A DNA stretch of 64,000 nt, from NCBI GenBank assembly GCA_963662275.1, contig OY759316.1, forward strand, positions 320,001 through 384,000. The letters are read 5' to 3'. Positions 47,213-56,609 of the stretch are shown here, piece by piece; the stretch's first letter is position 1, and each line of letters starts with the position of its first letter. Position numbers and translations under genes: made by a program. Under the pieces are notes generated by a model that searched no databases, was not told the DNA's origin, and saw nothing but the letters and a program-made list of their open reading frames with translations. The DNA comes from Candidatus Cloacimonadales bacterium. GTDB taxonomy: Bacteria > Cloacimonadota > Cloacimonadia > Cloacimonadales > DAONDQ01.

Positions 47213-48889
47213 TTACTTAGGTAAGGACTCCAAGGCTTTTTTCAAATCAGGAGTAATTGAAGAACGATCATCTCTTTTCCATCTATCATCAATCTTAGTA
47301 CGGATTGGTGAATTCTTTTTAATGTAATTCACAATACCATCACGCAAGTTTGTCTGATAATTCGTGATTTGATCTTCAGGTACAGAAGTTAAAAAAGTAA
47401 GTCCAGCATTTCCCTGCATCAGGAAATCGGTTGTTGCAACTTTATACATTTTGTTTGGATCCCAAGGCTTACCATTGATGAGCAGTTTTGTGACACGATC
47501 CATATCCGGACGCTGTTTATTATAAACAACATTAGCACCGGAAACAAGCAGACCATGACGTCCTCCAGCAACACGTAATTCGATGATCTTTTTCAGGAAA
47601 GCACCGTTACACATGAAGGAAACGATTTGATTATCGAAAGGCATCACATCGAAAACCTGGCGATAAGTGACTGGTCCAACAGGAATCTGACCACGTACAC
47701 CACCAAGATTGAGGAATGCAAAATCAGCACCAACTTCTTCTCTGGTTGCATCTGTACACATATTACCGATTAGACTCTGAGCATCCACGTTTTCCTTGGA
47801 AAGGAAAACAGAGGCTTCTCCAACAACTTCATCCATTCCCTTTTCTGCTATTGCCTGCTCAGCTTTGATGTTTTTGGAAATTTCCTCATCCGGAAGAAAT
47901 TCATCATCAAACAAAGTTACAAGCACTCCTTCACGAACAGCAGGTAATTCATAACCTTCAATCTTTTTTGTCTTTGGATCGATATTCAGTGTGATGATAC
48001 CGAGGTTGCTGCCATAGGCATAACCTGTCATAACAAGTGTATGAGTGATGGGGTCTGACCAAGGTTTGGCAAAACCCTTATGCATATGTCCACCGAAGAA
48101 GATATCGATACCGGGTACTTCATGAGCTATTTCCTGTGCATCATAACCCCAGTAGCGTTCTAAGTTCTTACTCGAACCATCAGCATTATAACGGCTTTGA
48201 TAGGCAGGTTCGGGATCATAAGGAAGCCCCATATGACCAACGACAATGATCAAATCAGCACCTTCAGCTTTTACGATGGGAATATACTTATTCAAAGCTT
48301 CTTTTTCATCAGTAAATTCCAAACCTCTGATATTATCAGGAAAACTCATTTTCGCAATATCAGTTGTACACAAACCAATAACACCTATCTTTAAACCTAT
48401 TTTTTGAATAATGACATAAGGGCGTATGTATGGTGGTATTTCTTGTGTAGCTGGATTAATCAGGTTGGAACAAAGAATAGGAAATTTAGCCGTCGAGATA
48501 GCATCAATTAGTGCTTGCTCACCAGTATCATAATCATGGTTACCAAGTGCTAAAGCATCATATCCGATAGCATTGTAATAATTGATAATCGCTTTACCCT
48601 TGGTCACTGTACCGATTGGATGTCCCTGGAAGAAGTCCCCTGCATCAAGCAGCAAAGTTGCTTCTTTTGGACCTGACAAGGCACGATAATCTTTGATTAC
48701 CGTTGCGGCAGTACCGCCGCCACCCAACATAGGCGGGAAATCGGGATTGATGAATGTTGCAGGTGTACGATCAATACCACCATGTACATCATTCGTAAAA
48801 AGTATGTCCAGCTTCAGACTTTCAGCGCATAGCAATGATGATGATAGGCTGATCAGCAGAACAAGTGGCAGGAAATTTATCCATTTCAT
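47213..48889 (-). CDS. Secreted bifunctional metallophosphatase / 5'-nucleotidase (UshA/CpdB family)
   Basis: Signal peptide; FTNDVHG, LDAGDFFQG, LGNHD, GGHMH; C-terminal NLGGVRG, PFDN, VATTDF. Confidence 0.93.
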   Translation of the reverse strand: MKWINFLPLVLLISLSSSLLCAESLKLDILFTNDVHGGIDRTPATFINPDFPPMLGGGGTAATVIKDYRALSGPKEATLLLDAGDFFQGHPIGTVTKGKAIINYYNAIGYDALALGNHDYDTGEQALIDAISTAKFPILCSNLINPATQEIPPYIRPYVIIQKIGLKIGVIGLCTTDIAKMSFPDNIRGLEFTDEKEALNKYIPIVKAEGADLIIVVGHMGLPYDPEPAYQSRYNADGSSKNLERYWGYDAQEIAHEVPGIDIFFGGHMHKGFAKPWSDPITHTLVMTGYAYGSNLGIITLNIDPKTKKIEGYELPAVREGVLVTLFDDEFLPDEEISKNIKAEQAIAEKGMDEVVGEASVFLSKENVDAQSLIGNMCTDATREEVGADFAFLNLGGVRGQIPVGPVTYRQVFDVMPFDNQIVSFMCNGAFLKKIIELRVAGGRHGLLVSGANVVYNKQRPDMDRVTKLLINGKPWDPNKMYKVATTDFLMQGNAGLTFLTSVPEDQITNYQTNLRDGIVNYIKKNSPIRTKIDDRWKRDDRSSITPDLKKALESLPK

Positions 48890-48935
48890 AATGTATCCTT
48901 ATTATTCAGTGCTTTTCTCATGGAAAGCTCTAACA

Positions 48936-50390
48936 TTACCAAGTGTATGTAATAGAAGCTAGAACCTTAACGAAAGTTTCACGTATAGCATCCGGATTTT
49001 CCCAACCACGATCAGCCAAGGTAATTGGATGCGATGAATTCATCCAAACCAGATAAGCTGCTGATCCCGGATTATATAGTTTATCATTGTAATAAGTATC
49101 CTGGAAAAGATCTAATGCTTCATAAGTGCGGAATGAATATGAGACGGCAAAGTCAAAATATACTTTGTTACTGATCGAATATCCTGTACCTGCACTGAAA
49201 GAAGGTGTGATGATCTTATTCGCATACACCGTGTAGTCATCTGAGATAGTCTGGAAAGTAGTTTCCGTACTAAAACCAGCACGGAGTGGGAATCTACCGG
49301 TAATACCATGTTCGATACCTACGGAATAATTGAGCACATTATGATCAAAATGTTCATCAGTTTCATACCAGTTCACTATTTCTACTTCTGCATTGAAATT
49401 CGTTCTCAGGATATTTCGAGGGGTATAACTAAGTCCCATTCTAAAGGAAGAAGGCATAGTATAGCCTTGTAAAGCTAAACTATCTTCATAAGTTTTGGCT
49501 ACTTGCACTGGAATATCGTTTTCACCATAAATATCCTTGAAACTATCAAATTTGCTCGTTACAGAAAGTTCGGATTTACTTGTGTATCTGAAACCTAAGG
49601 TGAAACGTTCTGTCCATTGACCCAACCAGCCAAACTGTAACTGACTACCATTAAAGTTCCTAGAGATACTCTTTGTATAATCCGGTAACAGATTATGACC
49701 TGGATTAGCGATGTTGGAGGTACTCGCAATAACTGTTCGGATAGCCCAATCCGACCAGCGGATCTTTGTTTCCTGTTCATTATTACCAGTCAAAGAAGCA
49801 TACTTGAAGCCAAATGACATCTTACTCATATCAGATTCAATCATATAAGCAAAATTGATACCTGTGGAATTCATCTTTCCCTTGTTCGTGATGAAGTTTT
49901 TAGCAATGATTTCCGGGTAAGTGTCATTATCGCTGTTACGATTATTACGAACTTCTTCGCGGTATTTAGAGCTAAAATCGACAATCGGCATGACTTCCAA
50001 ACCAAGTGCACAAGTACCACTTCCAAAATGCGTCGTCGTCATAACGGTACCTGCATAATCGTCAAATCCATGTGTGTTGGAAGCATATACAGCATCAGCA
50101 ATATAGTTATCAAATGAATTATAGAAAGGTAAACTGCGGGTTTCTTCCAACTGTGTTGAACCTAGAGATAATTCAGCCGCAAATTTGGCATTCAGCATCG
50201 CAGCAACAGCAGGATTGAGATTTGCATTCATGGGTCTTGCTCCAATCGTCATACCCGTATTTCCCATTGCCATGGAACGCGCATCAAAGGATAAGATTCG
50301 GTTACCGAAGGCACTGTCGGTGAGTGAATAAGAAAAAAGAGAAAAGGCTGCTAAGAGCAGGCTCAGACAGAATAAATATCTTTTATTCAT
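48936..50390 (-). CDS. Outer-membrane beta-barrel, FadL/TodX/PorV-like
   Basis: Signal peptide; DARSMAMG...NPA N-terminal plug motif; amphipathic strands; C-terminal ITYTW. ATG 50390 follows GGAGG. Confidence 0.75.
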   Translation of the reverse strand: MNKRYLFCLSLLLAAFSLFSYSLTDSAFGNRILSFDARSMAMGNTGMTIGARPMNANLNPAVAAMLNAKFAAELSLGSTQLEETRSLPFYNSFDNYIADAVYASNTHGFDDYAGTVMTTTHFGSGTCALGLEVMPIVDFSSKYREEVRNNRNSDNDTYPEIIAKNFITNKGKMNSTGINFAYMIESDMSKMSFGFKYASLTGNNEQETKIRWSDWAIRTVIASTSNIANPGHNLLPDYTKSISRNFNGSQLQFGWLGQWTERFTLGFRYTSKSELSVTSKFDSFKDIYGENDIPVQVAKTYEDSLALQGYTMPSSFRMGLSYTPRNILRTNFNAEVEIVNWYETDEHFDHNVLNYSVGIEHGITGRFPLRAGFSTETTFQTISDDYTVYANKIITPSFSAGTGYSISNKVYFDFAVSYSFRTYEALDLFQDTYYNDKLYNPGSAAYLVWMNSSHPITLADRGWENPDAIRETFVKVLASITYTW

Positions 50391-50407
50391 GGGTCCTCCC
50401 AAATGTA

Positions 50408-53113
50408 TTAGAATTTCCAGTCAATTTGAAGTCTAATTGAGTTTTCAACACGTTCCACACGTTGGAAGTAATTATTCTGGTTGTCAGGGTAGGCTATATT
50501 ATACTGTCTGACAAACTCTTCCAGTGTTTGGTATTCTTTGTATTTATATTTAAAGCTGATAAACACGTTATGAGCTAATTGATCTTGGATCGTAAACCAG
50601 TATTTCATCCCTTTTTGACCCATGAAATCGATTTCGATATCTTCCCAGTCCCAGTGTGATATGCCATGACCGTTCCAATATAAAACGGAACCGTCAACCG
50701 ATAAATTATCGTTGAAATTGTGGGAGTAATTCACAGCCACAAAATCACCTGTCATTTGGGTTGAACCATTTGCCTGATTGTTGGCAACAGGTACAGCGGG
50801 GTATGTGATCGATAGATAGGGTGGTCCCCATACGGTGTTATAACGATATTCAAATGACATATAGTCACGTGAAGTCAAGAAAGTTGCTACGCTGGCAGTA
50901 TATTCGTCTGTTTTGGAAACAGCACGGTCTGCACTTTCATCATAGCGATTGATTTGTTTCTTATATTTTGCTCGGAAACTGATCTGATAGACTGGGCGAT
51001 AATCAAGGTCACCTTGGAAGCGAACGCTTTTGCGATGATCTGAAAGACGTTCCCAAATATCTACATAGGTCTTTCCTAGAGTGAAATAACTGTTGAAACG
51101 ATAACGCGTTTCAAAGTACAAACCTCTTTCCGCCTGGGCTTGAGCATTGTTATAAACCATATCACCAATGAGAGGATTCGTCATGGTATAATTGTATTTT
51201 TCCACAACAGTATCCGTTAATTTTTGATGTTCCGAAAAAGCTCTGCTGTAGGGATTATCGAAATTCAAATCATAATTACGATACAAGCTTAAAAGATACA
51301 AATTATCGAATTGAGTGTATGAACTCAGAACAACAGCTTTTGGATCATCTCCCAGTATGGTATCTTTTCCATTCACTGATAATTCAGCATATTCACCCTG
51401 GAAAGAAGTGTTCTTGATAACGCTCATCCAGTCAAAACCTACTACACGACGATAATCCCGATCGTAATTGCCATTCTTAGTACTATATAAATTACTGAGT
51501 TCCGAATCAGGAGTCTTCCAGTATTTATAGTTATAAGAATCACGAATCAGGAGTTGCTTCAAATCAGCATCTTTCGGGATTACAAAATCAGTGTTATCAT
51601 ATACGGAAGTATAAGTGGTAAAACCGAAATTCGTTCCAACAAAAGGACTGAGAGTAAGATGTCCACCAGTGACAGTTTCGGTCAGGAAATTTTCACGTGG
51701 TGCAAGATTGATATATGGAACAGCCCAAGGATATACATTCGGATAGGTAGTATGATCAATGACAGAAAGCTCATGATCAAAATAATTCTCAGCTTCGGTT
51801 AATTCATCATTATCAAAACCGTGTGTTGAAGTGACATAGCTTAAAACCTGGTAAGTTCCATCATCATTTTTCAAAGGATGCGAGTGATGAGTTCCATCAG
51901 CCCACACTGAATCAGCCATATAAACGATAGCATCTTTTTTATCACGTGAGTAGAAGAAAGATGCATCCATCCAAGTTTTCCGTAATTCCAAGGCGAGTCC
52001 CTTCATCGAATATTCCTGGGTACGTGATAAATCAGGGGTGATACCAAGAATACGTTTCGTAAATCCATAACCGGTATTACGTGATGTATAATAGTCTGTA
52101 TTATCTAAAATCAGACCTTCTCCATAAGTAACACGGTAATTACCGAAATATTGTTTGATCCCAGTGGCTCCAAAAAAATCAACTGTGTTCTCATAACCAG
52201 CATAGAATTTTCCATTATCCAGTAATTCCTGTCCACCTGTTTTGAAGATGTCTTCATTCCCTGATGGTGAGTCATAGAGGATACCTGCTTTGATATTGTT
52301 GCCATAACGAATTCTGACCTTATTCAAAACAGATGGAGCATAACTATCCATGTGTAAAAATCCCCAATAGCTGTTATTCTTATGGTTAATAGCAGCGACA
52401 ACAGCATCCGGTAGGGGAGTGCTAGAAGCGACCATACCATATGTTGGACGTAAAATCGCCTGTTTGTACATAGCCATAGGGTCATCTTCCAATGGAGTGC
52501 TCTGGTATTTGAGTTGATAATCCACGAAAATTCTGTCTTTGATGGGTGGTTCTTTGTAATACACATAGTTTTTCATATTCGAATACCCATAAAATGAAAG
52601 ACCCGGAGAATTCTTTAAATCTCTTTGATCAATCAGAGTATCACCCTGTGCGCGACGCTTCATAACGGCATACGCATCAACAGGAGAGACATTGGGCAAA
52701 CTCAGGTAGTCGTTAAAGAACATACCATTTGCATTTTGAGGGGTCATTAAAAAATCTTCCCAAACATCAGACATACCTTCTTGCGATCCTTCGTTTGCAT
52801 CCATCCGCTGTAAGAGATAACCGATTTGTGCTCTGCGTATTACAGAATCATCAGTTTCCACATAATGTGTTAGGATGATCAAAGGGCGAAGTTTTTCTAA
52901 TGTAGGTTGATCAACAGAAGATACCTTACGTAAATCGTAGATGTCTTCGAAATAGGCAACGTATTGCCTGTAATCATAAATATCCTTGGCTTGTTGTTCT
53001 GTTATTGGTAGAGTTCTTAACTCTGCAAAAGTCGCTGAATTCAAATCAACTTTTACTGCAAATAACGGAATCGCTAACATGCACAAGAAAAGGAATAGGA
53101 ATTTTTTCATCAT
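50408..53113 (-). CDS. ComEA-like helix-hairpin-helix domain protein fused to an outer-membrane beta-barrel
   Basis: Signal peptide; VDLNSAT..EL..LP...QAKDI.DYR...F..I.DL..V (ComEA HhH); a second degenerate HhH; GNYRVTYGEGL; C-terminal beta signal LQIDWKF. Confidence 0.8.
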   Translation of the reverse strand: MMKKFLFLFLCMLAIPLFAVKVDLNSATFAELRTLPITEQQAKDIYDYRQYVAYFEDIYDLRKVSSVDQPTLEKLRPLIILTHYVETDDSVIRRAQIGYLLQRMDANEGSQEGMSDVWEDFLMTPQNANGMFFNDYLSLPNVSPVDAYAVMKRRAQGDTLIDQRDLKNSPGLSFYGYSNMKNYVYYKEPPIKDRIFVDYQLKYQSTPLEDDPMAMYKQAILRPTYGMVASSTPLPDAVVAAINHKNNSYWGFLHMDSYAPSVLNKVRIRYGNNIKAGILYDSPSGNEDIFKTGGQELLDNGKFYAGYENTVDFFGATGIKQYFGNYRVTYGEGLILDNTDYYTSRNTGYGFTKRILGITPDLSRTQEYSMKGLALELRKTWMDASFFYSRDKKDAIVYMADSVWADGTHHSHPLKNDDGTYQVLSYVTSTHGFDNDELTEAENYFDHELSVIDHTTYPNVYPWAVPYINLAPRENFLTETVTGGHLTLSPFVGTNFGFTTYTSVYDNTDFVIPKDADLKQLLIRDSYNYKYWKTPDSELSNLYSTKNGNYDRDYRRVVGFDWMSVIKNTSFQGEYAELSVNGKDTILGDDPKAVVLSSYTQFDNLYLLSLYRNYDLNFDNPYSRAFSEHQKLTDTVVEKYNYTMTNPLIGDMVYNNAQAQAERGLYFETRYRFNSYFTLGKTYVDIWERLSDHRKSVRFQGDLDYRPVYQISFRAKYKKQINRYDESADRAVSKTDEYTASVATFLTSRDYMSFEYRYNTVWGPPYLSITYPAVPVANNQANGSTQMTGDFVAVNYSHNFNDNLSVDGSVLYWNGHGISHWDWEDIEIDFMGQKGMKYWFTIQDQLAHNVFISFKYKYKEYQTLEEFVRQYNIAYPDNQNNYFQRVERVENSIRLQIDWKF

Positions 53114-53277
53114 CGTGATTCCTTTTTTTAGTAGTTCTCTCAAGTTGCACAAACAAACTTGCCCTTCTTTTATTGTAAAGCTTTTTATCTCTAAACTTCA
53201 TCAAATTATTTACTTGCCAAGAAACGGATGAATTTTGCATACATATTAGTACTTCAAATAAGCATAGAGAGGAAATT

Positions 53278-54924
53278 ATGATTAATGAGAACTTTGTCCC
53301 TTATTTGGAAAATGCATTTAAAGAATTCTGGGATTTACCGGCATTTACGGATTATGGTAAAGAGACATACACTTATGCTGAAGCTGCCCGTAAAGTGAGT
53401 TGGCTTCACAAAGCTTATGCCCAAGCAGGTTTGCAGAAAGGAGACAAAATTACTTTGTCAGGGAAAAACAGTCGGAATTGGGCAATCGTATATTTGGCAA
53501 CTGTTACTTATGGTGCTGTAGTTGTACCAATCCTGGCAAATTTCAGCCCGGAAGATATCCAGCATATTATGAATCATTCTGAATCAAAATTCGCTTTTTT
53601 AGCGAAAGAAATTTATGATAGTATTGATGAAACAACACTACTCCACATGGATTGTATAGTAAATCTGAACGATATGACGATACTTTATAATACGAAGAGT
53701 AGTATATCCTCAGAAAAATTGTACAAATTACACCAGGAATCTCAACAGTCAATTCGAAGTAGAGAAGACTTTCGCTTGATTTGTAAGACAGACAATAGCG
53801 ATTTAGCTGCTATTATCTATACCTCCGGAACGACAGGCTTTTCAAAAGGAGTCATGCTACCACATAATTCACTCATGGCAAATGTGATTGTTGCACGAGA
53901 AAATCTCCTTTTCGAAGTCAATGCAAAAGTGATCTCTTTTCTACCATTAGCTCATGCTTATGCTTGTTCATTCGATCTTCTCTATCCGTTTACTCGGGGT
54001 AACCATATCCATTTCATGGACAAAACACCATCCCCTAAGGTTCTATTGCAAGCGATGCAGGAAATTCAACCTTATGTAGTATTAGCTGTTCCTTTAATTT
54101 TAGAAAAAATATACAAAAAGACCATTCTTCCAGTATTGGAAAAAGGAACTATCAAATTTGCTCGAAACATACCAGTTTTGAAGGATGTGCTGAGGAAAAA
54201 ATTCCATGATAAGCTGATCACTGCCTTTGGTGGAAAACTAAGGGAATTTGTAGTTGGTGGCGCTGCACTAAATCCGGAAGTAGAAAATTTCCTCAAGGAT
54301 ATCAAGTTTCCTTTTACAATTGGGTATGGAATGACCGAATGCGGTCCCCTTATTTCTTATGAGAGATGGCATTTACATCGTTTATATTCATCGGGGAAAG
54401 TAGTTGAATTTTTGAAAGTAACGATTGATTCACCTGATCCAGTCAATATTCCTGGTGAAATTCTGATTGCCGGTGAGCAAGTTATGTATGGATATTTTAA
54501 GAATTCTGAGGCAACTAAGGAAGTCCTGGATGATAATAAACGCCTTCATACTGGTGATATTGGTACACTTGATACCGATAATTTTGTCTATATTAAGGGA
54601 AGATCTAAAAATATGATTCTTGGTCCTTCTGGGGAAAACATCTATCCAGAAGAAATTGAACAGAAGATGAATAATCTTCCTTATATTGCTGAAACATTAG
54701 TTGTTCATCGATCAGGGAAACTGGTGGCTTTAGTCTATCCTGATTATGAACTGCTTGATCAAGATAAAATGCACGAAGCTGAGATTGTGAAATTGATGGA
54801 AGAAAACCGGAAGAAAGTGAATTTTTCTGTTTCTGATTTCGCCAAAATCAACCAAATCAACATAGTCTCTGAACCGTTTCAAAAAACACCTACCCAGAAA
54901 ATTAAAAGATATCTCTATCACTAA
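53278..54924 (+). CDS. Long-chain fatty acid-CoA ligase (AMP-binding)
   Basis: IIYTSGTTGFSKGVML, GYGMTE, LHTGD, GENIYPEEIE, KTPTQKIKR. Confidence 0.92.
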   Translation: MINENFVPYLENAFKEFWDLPAFTDYGKETYTYAEAARKVSWLHKAYAQAGLQKGDKITLSGKNSRNWAIVYLATVTYGAVVVPILANFSPEDIQHIMNHSESKFAFLAKEIYDSIDETTLLHMDCIVNLNDMTILYNTKSSISSEKLYKLHQESQQSIRSREDFRLICKTDNSDLAAIIYTSGTTGFSKGVMLPHNSLMANVIVARENLLFEVNAKVISFLPLAHAYACSFDLLYPFTRGNHIHFMDKTPSPKVLLQAMQEIQPYVVLAVPLILEKIYKKTILPVLEKGTIKFARNIPVLKDVLRKKFHDKLITAFGGKLREFVVGGAALNPEVENFLKDIKFPFTIGYGMTECGPLISYERWHLHRLYSSGKVVEFLKVTIDSPDPVNIPGEILIAGEQVMYGYFKNSEATKEVLDDNKRLHTGDIGTLDTDNFVYIKGRSKNMILGPSGENIYPEEIEQKMNNLPYIAETLVVHRSGKLVALVYPDYELLDQDKMHEAEIVKLMEENRKKVNFSVSDFAKINQINIVSEPFQKTPTQKIKRYLYH

Positions 54925-54945
54925 GATATTCTTTACGGAGGATTT

Positions 54946-55488
54946 ATGTTCATGAAAAAGGTATTAACTTTTTGCGCTCTTGTAATTACCATCTCTTTAT
55001 GTGCAACCGAACCAATAAAAGGTTCAGTTGGTCTTGGATTAGGTATTCCTTATGGATTTATGGGTATGAATATGGATTATTATCTGAATCAATATGCTGC
55101 TCTCACTGCAGGTGTTGGATCGACTAATATTGCCGGAATTGGATTCAGTGTCGGTACTAAATATTATTTTGTAGATGATACAAAGAGTTTTCGTCCAAGA
55201 CTGACAGCCATGGCTGGAATTAATGGTGCATTGAAAAAAGAGATATTTGATAATGAAGTCACTGGTTCAAGCGAAGATTTAATCAAAGAAACTTTTCCAG
55301 GAGTATCGTTAGGTTTGGGAGCTTTAATAACTTGGGGTGAAAATAAACAGCAAGGGCTTGATTTTGATGTTTTTTATATCTGTTCAAGTGGTATCTATGA
55401 TAGAATATCAAATCTTAGAGACCATGGTTATGATATAAAAAAACCTGGGAGAATTAGCATTTCCTTTGGATATAGATATCAGTTTTAA
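54946..55488 (+). CDS. Small outer-membrane beta-barrel protein
   Basis: Signal peptide, Gly/aromatic alternating strands, C-terminal ISFGYRYQF. Confidence 0.65.
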   Translation: MFMKKVLTFCALVITISLCATEPIKGSVGLGLGIPYGFMGMNMDYYLNQYAALTAGVGSTNIAGIGFSVGTKYYFVDDTKSFRPRLTAMAGINGALKKEIFDNEVTGSSEDLIKETFPGVSLGLGALITWGENKQQGLDFDVFYICSSGIYDRISNLRDHGYDIKKPGRISISFGYRYQF

Positions 55489-56564
55489 GGACTGGATTTT
55501 TTCCTTAAATCTTCTCTATCCAGATAATTTGGATCACTAAGAATAATCGATAGGGAACGGGTTGATCGAAATTCCTTGAGAATAATATTCAAAGCTGAAG
55601 TTATGGGTACGGCAATGATCATACCTATAGGACCCCAAATCCAAGCCCAAAATACCAGGGAAATGATGATAATGATTGGTGATAGATTGAGGCTATCACC
55701 AAGTATCTTTGGTTCAGCTAAGCTACCAATTAAAGTATGGCCAATGGTCAGGGCACTCGCTATAGCTAGGACATGCCAATTCATTCCATACTGGAGCAGA
55801 GCGATTAGTGTTGGTAATATAATTGCAATGCCAGGTCCAACTGTCGGAATAAATACTAATACGATAGTTAGAAAACCCATTACTAGTGGAAAATCAATTC
55901 CTAAAAGCAACATTAAAAATGTTTCCAGAAGACCTGCTGCGAGGCAGATCAATGTTTTATTTACAATGTAGCGAATGACCTGATTTTCGATTTTAAACAA
56001 CATTCTATGTGTCGTTTCACTATCTTGACGACTTACCATTTGGTATATTCTTTCTGCAAATCGATTATGATCTGCAACAATGAAGATGACAAAAAAGAGC
56101 ATGAGTGTGATATACATGATTAGGTTAAAGGCATTTTTCATGAAAGCCCTGAATAGATCATTCACTGATCCTTGGGTTAACCACTTCAGGTAACTGAGTT
56201 GCGGATGCATATAGTTGCGGATCTCAGCGCTCGATATTCCTAATGTATTACCCAGGCTGATAGCCATATCCATGATTCTGGTTTCATAATTTGGGATTTG
56301 CTGCACTAGATTATTAAATCCCTCATAGATCATAAAAATTACGAGACTTATCATAGTTAAAAGTATTATAGTTACAATCAAGGTTATTAGGGCATTTGGC
56401 ACTCTTTTATCACGTAGGAAACGTGCCAAAGGTGCAATTAAAAAAGTAAATAGCACAGCAAAGAATAAAGGAATAAATATCTCTTTGAGTGTTTTTAAAC
56501 AGATTACCAACACTGCAAGGGAAATGAACATGAGACAATTCCTGATCCAATGTGAGTCTTTCAT
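55485..56564 (-). CDS. AI-2E (PerM) family transporter
   Basis: FIPTVGP, EPKILGDSLNLSP, WIWGPIGMIIAVP. Confidence 0.92.
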   Translation of the reverse strand: MKDSHWIRNCLMFISLAVLVICLKTLKEIFIPLFFAVLFTFLIAPLARFLRDKRVPNALITLIVTIILLTMISLVIFMIYEGFNNLVQQIPNYETRIMDMAISLGNTLGISSAEIRNYMHPQLSYLKWLTQGSVNDLFRAFMKNAFNLIMYITLMLFFVIFIVADHNRFAERIYQMVSRQDSETTHRMLFKIENQVIRYIVNKTLICLAAGLLETFLMLLLGIDFPLVMGFLTIVLVFIPTVGPGIAIILPTLIALLQYGMNWHVLAIASALTIGHTLIGSLAEPKILGDSLNLSPIIIIISLVFWAWIWGPIGMIIAVPITSALNIILKEFRSTRSLSIILSDPNYLDREDLRKKSSP

Positions 56565-56609
56565 CGTAAATCCTCTTTTTCTGAATTCCTTGCCTGTTTA
56601 AAATTCCCC

